Position numbers and translations under genes: made by a program. The notes under the pieces are model-generated. The model was not told where the DNA came from and did not search any database. It worked only from the letters and a program-made list of their open reading frames with translations. Below, piece after piece: positions 57,784-64,000 of a stretch of 64,000 nucleotides of DNA (positions are counted from its first letter, which is position 1; the number at the start of each line of letters is the position of its first letter). Source of the stretch: an uncultured Acidobacteriota bacterium (GTDB taxonomy: Bacteria; Acidobacteriota; Thermoanaerobaculia; Multivoradales; DATKCC01); the NCBI GenBank assembly GCA_963843755.1, contig CAWJLS010000001.1, positions 27,749 through 91,748 on the forward strand, written 5' to 3'.

Positions 57784-59538
57784 CTACCTCGGTGGGCGCG
57801 GTGGGCACGCGGTCCGCGACGAGGGGCCGGTGGGCCGGTCGTCGGCCAGGGCGCGCGCTTCGTCCGGGTCGCTCGCTTCGAACCCCGCCAGCAGGTCGAT
57901 GCCATGGAGAGCCAGCCGCCGGGCGGCGGCTCGGGCCCGGCCATCCCCTTCCTGCTCGAGCGACCACTGGGCGTGGCGCACCAGCAGCGCCAGCTCGACC
58001 GCGCGGCCGAGGGTGAGGGCGAAGCGCCGCGCCCCGGCCTCCAGCCCGGCCCGCCCCGCGTCGCCGCCGGCCTGGTGCCCTTCGAGCCAGTCGCCCGCCC
58101 CGCGCACCGCCCGGAGCGCCCGGTCGCCGAGCGCCGCCAGGGCCGGGTCGCGGGCCGCCTCGGCGCACCGCGCCACCTCCGCCACCACCGCCGCGAACGC
58201 CCCCTCGGCGCGGAGCGCCCGGAGCGTGTCGAGGGCGAGGACGTTGGTGGTCCCCTCCCACACCGGCAGCACCTGGGCGTCCCGCACCAGGCCCGGGACG
58301 CCGGTGTCTTCGAGATAGCCTGCGCCACCGAACGTCTCCAGCGCCTCGGTGCTCCCCGCGACCGCCTGCTTGCCCGTGGTCAGCTTGGCCACCGGCGTCA
58401 GCACCCGCAGGAGCAGCGCCTCCCGGTCGTCGAGCGTCTCCGTCTCCTCGCGGCCGAGCAGCTCCACCACCCGGAAGGTCAGGTGGAACGCCCCCTCGTA
58501 CTCCGCCTGGAGGCCGGCGACCGTGTCCAGGTGGAGCGGCTGCTCGGCCAGCGGCGCGCCGAACGCCACCCGGCGCCGGGCGTAGTCCCGCGCCAGGGCG
58601 ATCCCCCGGCGAAGGAACGACACCGCCGAGACCGCGTTCCACAGCCGCGTGATGTTGAGCATCGGGGTGATGTTGCGCACCCCGTTCTCGGTCCCCGCGA
58701 CCGGGGTGGCGGGCGTCCCTTCGAGGAACAGCTCCGCGGTCGGTAGCTTGCGGGTGCCGAGCTTGTCCTTGAGGCGCTCGATCCGGAGGTCGCGCAGCCG
58801 GCCTTCGTCGTCGAAGCATTCGACGTAGAAGAGGGCCAACCCCCGGCCGCCCGGGCCGTTCCCTTCCGGGCGCGCCAGGGTCAGCGCCATCTGGGAGGTG
58901 GCGGCCGAGGTGAACCATTTGCGCCCGTCGAGGCGCCAGCCGCCGTCCGCCTCCGGATCGCGCCGGGCGACCGTCAGCGACCGCCCGACGTCGGACCCGC
59001 CGGAGGTCTCGGTCATCCACTGGCCGCTGGTCCAGAACTGCCGGGGATCGCGGCTGGTCAGGTGTGGAACGGCCCGCTCGATCAGCTCCCGGTGGCCGTG
59101 GACGTGGAGGGTCTTGGCCGCGCCGTCGGTCATCGCCAGGGGGCAGGTGTAGACGTCGCTCGACGCGTGCACCAGGTGCACCATGGCGAGCTGGTGGACC
59201 CGGGAGAGCGCCCCGTGGGTGCGCTCGTAGGCGGCGGCCACCAGCCCGTGCCGGGCGGCGAGCTCCTCCATCCGACGCCAGTGCGGAGTCAGCTCGATCC
59301 GGTCGATCCGCTCTCCCCAGGCGCTCCAGCGGGTCAGCCGGGGCTCGTTCAGCCGGTCGTCGAGCATCCCGCGGTAGAGCGCCCCGCCGGACAGGGCGCC
59401 GAGCTCGGAGAGCTCCGGCTCGAGGGCCGCCAGCACCTCCCGGGGCAGGACCCGGGAGAGGTAGGAACGGAGGACGCGATCGTCGTCGTACTGGTTGCCG
59501 AGGCCGGGCGGATCCTGGACGAAATCCCTGAGCTCCAT
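57784..59538 (-). CDS. Acyl-CoA dehydrogenase, AidB-like
   Basis: CPLAMTDGA, GQWMTETSGGSDV, RLKDKLGTR, GGAGYLE, RDAQVLPVWEGTTNV. Confidence 0.9.
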   Translation of the reverse strand: MELRDFVQDPPGLGNQYDDDRVLRSYLSRVLPREVLAALEPELSELGALSGGALYRGMLDDRLNEPRLTRWSAWGERIDRIELTPHWRRMEELAARHGLVAAAYERTHGALSRVHQLAMVHLVHASSDVYTCPLAMTDGAAKTLHVHGHRELIERAVPHLTSRDPRQFWTSGQWMTETSGGSDVGRSLTVARRDPEADGGWRLDGRKWFTSAATSQMALTLARPEGNGPGGRGLALFYVECFDDEGRLRDLRIERLKDKLGTRKLPTAELFLEGTPATPVAGTENGVRNITPMLNITRLWNAVSAVSFLRRGIALARDYARRRVAFGAPLAEQPLHLDTVAGLQAEYEGAFHLTFRVVELLGREETETLDDREALLLRVLTPVAKLTTGKQAVAGSTEALETFGGAGYLEDTGVPGLVRDAQVLPVWEGTTNVLALDTLRALRAEGAFAAVVAEVARCAEAARDPALAALGDRALRAVRGAGDWLEGHQAGGDAGRAGLEAGARRFALTLGRAVELALLVRHAQWSLEQEGDGRARAAARRLALHGIDLLAGFEASDPDEARALADDRPTGPSSRTACPPRPPR

Positions 59539-59628
59539 GATCCGTCCAGTCTACTCCCGGGGCCACGGTGCGGGCGCCGCCCGAAGGGACGAGCAGGCGG
59601 CGTCCGGGGAGCGACCGGAACGGGGGCG

Positions 59629-60864
59629 CTACTCGTAGCGGAGCGCTTCGATCGGGTCCAGGCCGGCCGCCCGATGGGCCGGGTAGATGCCCGACGCCAG
59701 GCCGACGGCCACCGCCACGCCGGTGGCCAGGATCACCGCGCCGGGGGTGACGACCGTGCTCCAGCCGGCCCAGGCGCCGACGCCCCAGGCGATCCCCACG
59801 CCGGCCGCGATCCCCGCCAGCCCGCCGAGCAGGCTGATCGAGAACGACTCGACCACGAACTGGAAGCGGATGTCGCGCTGGCGGGCGCCGACCGCCCGGC
59901 GGACGCCGATCTCCCGCGTCCGTTCGAGCACCGTCGCCAGCATGATGTTCATGATGCCGATGCCGCCGACCAGCAGCGAGATGCCGGCGATGGCGCCCAT
60001 CACCAGGTTGAACAACCGCTGGGTCCGCCGGCTCTGGGCCAGGAGCGCCTCGGGCACCACCAGCTCGTAATCGTCGGCGCCGGCGTGGAGACGCTCGAGC
60101 AGGCCGTCGACCACGCGCGCCGTCTCCGCCGCCGGCACCCCCGGCGCCAGGCGGACGATGATCTCGGTCAGAGGCGCCGCCAGCGGATCGCGGTCGAACT
60201 TGCGCCGGGCGGTGGTCACCGGCACCAGGATCTGGTCCGCCGTCGAGCCGACCGTCACCCCGCCGACCGAGCCGCTCGACGAGACGCCGCCGGAGAGCAC
60301 GCCGACGACGGTCAGCCAGACATCGTCGACCTTCAGCCGCTGGCCGACCGCCGGACCGTAGCCGAACAGGTCGCGGCGCACCCGCGGGCCGATCACGCAG
60401 ACCTGGGCGTGGCCGGCCTCGTCCATGGAGTCGAGGAAGCGCCCCTCGGCCAGCTCCATGTCCATCAGGTCCCGGTGGCGCTCGCTCACCCCCTCGACCG
60501 ACGCCTCGGTCTTGCCGTTGGCGGACAGCACCGACCAGGGGGTGATCTCGAGGGTCGGCGCAGCCAGCTCCACCCCCGGGACCGCCTCCTCGATGGCGTC
60601 GGCGTCCCGGGAGGAGACGCCGAGCGACTTGGCGCGCACCTCCTGGACCGCGTCCTGGGCCGGCTCGACCGACCGCACCAGGACGTTGCGCAGGCCGAGG
60701 CGCTCGATCATCGCCAGCGCCTGGCGCTCCGCCCCCTCGCCGATCGACAGCATGGCGATCACCGCGCCGACGCCGAAGATCATGCCCAGCATGGTGAGCG
60801 CCGAGCGCAGCTTGTGGGCCCGCAGGTTCTCGAGCGCCGAGCCCATCGCCTCGCCGAGTCTCAT
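59629..60864 (-). CDS. MacB/FtsX-type ABC permease
   Basis: KLRSALTMLGMIFGVGAV, GGIGIMNIMLATVLERTREIG, LDPIEALRYE. Confidence 0.93.
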   Translation of the reverse strand: MRLGEAMGSALENLRAHKLRSALTMLGMIFGVGAVIAMLSIGEGAERQALAMIERLGLRNVLVRSVEPAQDAVQEVRAKSLGVSSRDADAIEEAVPGVELAAPTLEITPWSVLSANGKTEASVEGVSERHRDLMDMELAEGRFLDSMDEAGHAQVCVIGPRVRRDLFGYGPAVGQRLKVDDVWLTVVGVLSGGVSSSGSVGGVTVGSTADQILVPVTTARRKFDRDPLAAPLTEIIVRLAPGVPAAETARVVDGLLERLHAGADDYELVVPEALLAQSRRTQRLFNLVMGAIAGISLLVGGIGIMNIMLATVLERTREIGVRRAVGARQRDIRFQFVVESFSISLLGGLAGIAAGVGIAWGVGAWAGWSTVVTPGAVILATGVAVAVGLASGIYPAHRAAGLDPIEALRYE

Positions 60865-62267
60865 CGTCCGTCCCCTCCCCCGCTGCCGGACGAGGCGGCA
60901 CCGGCGTCGGTCGAGCCCGCGCCGCCCGCCGGCCCGGAGCCGGCCGCCTTGGACGCCACGTCCGCCGCCTCCGATCCGTCGTCTGTCGAGTCGTTCGGTT
61001 CGGTCCTCTCGCCGGAGCCGGTCGTGCCGGCGGCGGCGTCCGCCAGCGCCACCCGGTCGCCGGCCTCGAGCCCGCCCTCGATCACCACCCGGCCGCGGCC
61101 GGCGGTGCGCACGGTCACCGGCACGTCCTCGAACCCGTCGCCGTCGCGGCGCCGAACGACCTGGTGCTCGCCCCGGTCGAACACCGCCTGCCGGGGCACG
61201 GTGAGGGCGTCGTCCAGGTCGTCGAGCAGGATCTCCACCCGCACCCCCAGGCCCGGCTTGAGCACCTCGGGGTCGGTCGCCTCGAGCGACAGGGAGACGG
61301 TGAAGTACTGGACGGGGCTCGCCCGGAACCGCGGCTTGGCCACGCTGTCCACCCGGGTGACCATCGCCTCGTACGAGCGGTCCGGCCGCGACTCGGGGTA
61401 CACCCGCGCCTTGCGGCCGGGCTCCAGCCCGCCGGCGTCCGCCTCCAGCACGTAGGCGTCCACCTCCATGGCACCGGCATGGGGAATCTCGGCCAGCGTC
61501 TGGCCGGGGAAGACCACCTGCCCCACCTCCGGCGGGTTGCCGCGGCGGCGGCGGTAGACCAGGTAGCCGGCCTTGGGCGAGCGCAGCTCCATCGAGGCGA
61601 GGGTCGCCTGGGCGGTTTCGAGCTCGCCGGCGATCTTGCGCCGGTCGATGGCCAGGATCTCGAGCTCGGTCTTCGCCAGGTCCTCCGCGCGCTTGCGGTC
61701 CTGCTCGGCGTGGGCCAGCCGCTCCCCCGCCAGCTCCTCATCGATGCGCGACTGGATGATCTCGACCCGGGAGTAGATGGTCTCGTCCCGGCTGGCGAAC
61801 TCCTTGGAGTGGGCCAGCTCCCGGCGGGCGACCTCGGCGTCCCGGTCGAGCTTCTCCAGGTCCGCCTGCTCCTTGCTCTTGCGCTGCTCCACCTTGAGCC
61901 GGTTGCTCTCCAGCTCGCCCATCTTGTCCTGGACCGTCGTCTCCACCTCGGACGGGTCGAAGCGGATCGCCACCTCGTCGGCCTCGAGGCGGGCTCCCTC
62001 CGGCGCCAGCCAGGCGATCCGGAGCGGCGCCCGGGAGGTCGTCGGCACCTGGAGAGGCGTCGACTCGGCGGCCCGCAGCTCACCGTCCGCCGGCACCCAG
62101 CGGGTGAAGGCCTCCCGCCGGACCACGGCCGTCGGCACCGAACCGCCGTCGTCCTTGGACACCAGCGCGCAGGCGCCGGCGGTCGCCACCAGGAGGGCGG
62201 CCAGCACGACCGAGCGTCCGGTCCGCACCCGCCGTCCGACGTCTCGCTTCCTCGGGCGTCCGGTCAC
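60861..62267 (-). CDS. Efflux periplasmic adaptor (HlyD/MFP) 1
   Basis: N-terminal TM, coiled coil, LRSPKAGYLVY, LKPGLGV, GLEAGDRV. Confidence 0.88.
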   Translation of the reverse strand: MTGRPRKRDVGRRVRTGRSVVLAALLVATAGACALVSKDDGGSVPTAVVRREAFTRWVPADGELRAAESTPLQVPTTSRAPLRIAWLAPEGARLEADEVAIRFDPSEVETTVQDKMGELESNRLKVEQRKSKEQADLEKLDRDAEVARRELAHSKEFASRDETIYSRVEIIQSRIDEELAGERLAHAEQDRKRAEDLAKTELEILAIDRRKIAGELETAQATLASMELRSPKAGYLVYRRRRGNPPEVGQVVFPGQTLAEIPHAGAMEVDAYVLEADAGGLEPGRKARVYPESRPDRSYEAMVTRVDSVAKPRFRASPVQYFTVSLSLEATDPEVLKPGLGVRVEILLDDLDDALTVPRQAVFDRGEHQVVRRRDGDGFEDVPVTVRTAGRGRVVIEGGLEAGDRVALADAAAGTTGSGERTEPNDSTDDGSEAADVASKAAGSGPAGGAGSTDAGAASSGSGGGDGR

Positions 62268-63556
62268 CAGGTCCCGCCTCCCACGCCGAGCCCCGGGCTC
62301 TCCGGCGCCGACGACTCGGTCCCCGTCGTGTCCGGTGCTTCGAGGAGCACCCGGTCGCCGGCCGACAGCCCGCTGACGATCTCGACCCGGTCCGGGGTCA
62401 CGCGGCCGAGCTTCGGATGGATCGCCTCCTGGCCGAACAGCGTCGCCCGGTAGACCGTCGGACCGGCGGCGGTCGACACCACCGCCGCGGCCGGCAGGGA
62501 CAGGACGCCCTGGTGGCTCTCCACCTCGACCTCGCCCTGGAAGCGCAGGCCGGGGCGCAGCCGCTCCGGGTCGGTCTCGTTCAGCTCGATCACCACCTTG
62601 ACCACCTTGCGCGGGTCGTCGGGCGAGCGCCGCTGGACGGTGCGGGCGATGCGGGCCAGGTGCCCGTGGTAGCGCACGTCCGGGTGGGCGTCGAGCCGCA
62701 GGGTCACCGGCTGGCCGACGGCGATGGCGGCGAGATCGGACTCATCGACCATGCCGGCGCCGCGCAGGTGAGAGAGATCCGGGATCTGGAGGATCGTCCG
62801 CCCGGGCCACACCTGGTCGCCGAGCTTGGGCTTCTCGCCCCGCCAGTCGGCCTCGTAGATGACGATGCCGCTCCGGGGCGCCGTCAACTGCATGCGCTCC
62901 GTGTAGCGGTCGATCTCGTCCACCCGGGACGCCGCCGCCGCACGCCGCTCCTCGAGCATGCCGAGCTCCGCCTTCGCCTGGCGGGCCAGCAGGTCGAGGC
63001 GCTCCTCCAGGTGCGCGATCTCCTTCTCGGCCAGATCCCGGTCGATCTTCTGCTGGGCGAGCTCGCTGGCAGCCATCAGCTCTTCCGGCGTCTCCAGCTC
63101 GAGCTTGGTCTTGCGCAGGCGCGCCCGCGTCTCGGCGAGCTGCAGCTCCACCTGCTCGCGCTCCTTGGCCAGGTCGGTGCGCCGCTTCTCGATCTGCTGG
63201 GCCGCCGAGTCCCGGTCGGCGACCCGCTGACGGAGCCGCTGCTCGAGCTCCTGGGTGTCGAAGGCCAGCACGCGATCCCCCTCGTGGACCGCCGCGCCCT
63301 CGGGTGCCATGAAGGAGATGCGGTAGTTCCAGATGCCGGGGACCGACGGCGGCGTCAAGGTGATCGGATCGACCGCCTCGACCGAGCCCTCGACGGCGAC
63401 GGTGACGGCCAGGTCGCCCCGCTCGACGACCGCCGTCGGACGGTCGGGCGCGGCCGCGCGGGCGCCGATCAGCCCGGCCGCCGCCACTACCACGGCGACG
63501 ATCAGGCTCGGGATCAGGCGGCGCGTCCAGAGGCGCTTGCGGCGGTCGTCACTCAC
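62264..63556 (-). CDS. Efflux periplasmic adaptor (HlyD/MFP) 2
   Basis: GTG 63556 followed by a TM helix; LTAPRSGIV, LRPGLRF, GLSAGDRV. Confidence 0.85.
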   Translation of the reverse strand: MSDDRRKRLWTRRLIPSLIVAVVVAAAGLIGARAAAPDRPTAVVERGDLAVTVAVEGSVEAVDPITLTPPSVPGIWNYRISFMAPEGAAVHEGDRVLAFDTQELEQRLRQRVADRDSAAQQIEKRRTDLAKEREQVELQLAETRARLRKTKLELETPEELMAASELAQQKIDRDLAEKEIAHLEERLDLLARQAKAELGMLEERRAAAASRVDEIDRYTERMQLTAPRSGIVIYEADWRGEKPKLGDQVWPGRTILQIPDLSHLRGAGMVDESDLAAIAVGQPVTLRLDAHPDVRYHGHLARIARTVQRRSPDDPRKVVKVVIELNETDPERLRPGLRFQGEVEVESHQGVLSLPAAAVVSTAAGPTVYRATLFGQEAIHPKLGRVTPDRVEIVSGLSAGDRVLLEAPDTTGTESSAPESPGLGVGGGTW

Positions 63557-64000
63557 GGCGCGGCCCCTTGCAGCACGTCGCCCGACCGTTCGGCGCCGCG
63601 CCCGACGGGGCCCGCCGAGCTCGCCAGGCGGGTCCCCTCGTCCACCCCGTCCTCCACCACGCACTCCAGGGCGTTGCAGGGGCCGAGGTGCACCGGGACG
63701 AGCTTGCCCGCTCGCCAGGCGCGCCCGGGTGGCGGGGCCCGCGTCCTCCCCCGCTCCAGCCGCCCCGGCGCCACCGGTCGGCGTCTCGCCCTCGTCCGGG
63801 ACCGGCAGGCGGAGATCGAGGCAGGTCCGGGGCGCGAGCAGGGCGTTCTCGACCGTGTCGCGGACCACCTCGACCCGTGCCGACATGCCCGGGATCATGT
63901 GCTCGGGGTCCGACGCATCGAGCGCCACCTGCACCCGGAAGAACCGCCGGAGCGACTCGCCGCCCTCCTCCTGGGCGATCGGCGTCACCGAGGACACCGA
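63553..64000 (-). CDS. Efflux periplasmic adaptor 3, C-terminal part, with apparent single-base frameshift
   Basis: MIPGMSARVEV...RARLASG in one frame continues as KLVPVHLGPCNALECVVEDGVDEG in another; switch at CCC 63707-63709. Confidence 0.7.

Noticed and set aside
62264-63997. ORF-track call of one 577-aa adaptor
   Set aside because: Better explained as two genes joined by an apparent +1 base at 63707-63709

Overview
High-GC (about 70%, my estimate) chromosomal segment of a diderm bacterium. Gene content, such as the LptF-LptG fusion and the rpoN-hpf-ptsN-hprK-rapZ-PTS cluster, suggests Acidobacteriota; this is an inference. About 49 CDS, one tRNA-Leu(CAA), and no CRISPR, integrase or transposase. 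Left part: mlaEFD, purC, a divergent class III cyclase, pepA, a TolC/Yip1/MacAB-type efflux operon, carD, priA, accA, recJ, lptC/A-lptB-rpoN-hpf-PTS, miaB. Right part: queD, lptFG, two tandem ECF-like sigma factors, a giant sensor kinase, hutU/hutH around an FHA-AAA+ regulator, hemE, an AidB-like dehydrogenase and a triple-adaptor ABC exporter. The window appears to contain the replication terminus: a 28-bp XerCD dif site lies at 40444-40471, and gene orientation flips there (32 of 34 CDS on + before, 13 of 15 on - after). Main discovery candidate: a parA-parB pair about 540 bp from dif. Its ParB has a rewritten DNA-recognition helix. Three copies of a non-canonical 16-bp palindrome (TGTCGGCGCGCCGACA) lie upstream of parA, and its 14-bp core recurs on both sides of dif (28587 inside hpf, and 57747). 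This looks like a terminus-dedicated ParABS-like system. Many genes also appear leaderless. All motif searches were done by eye.
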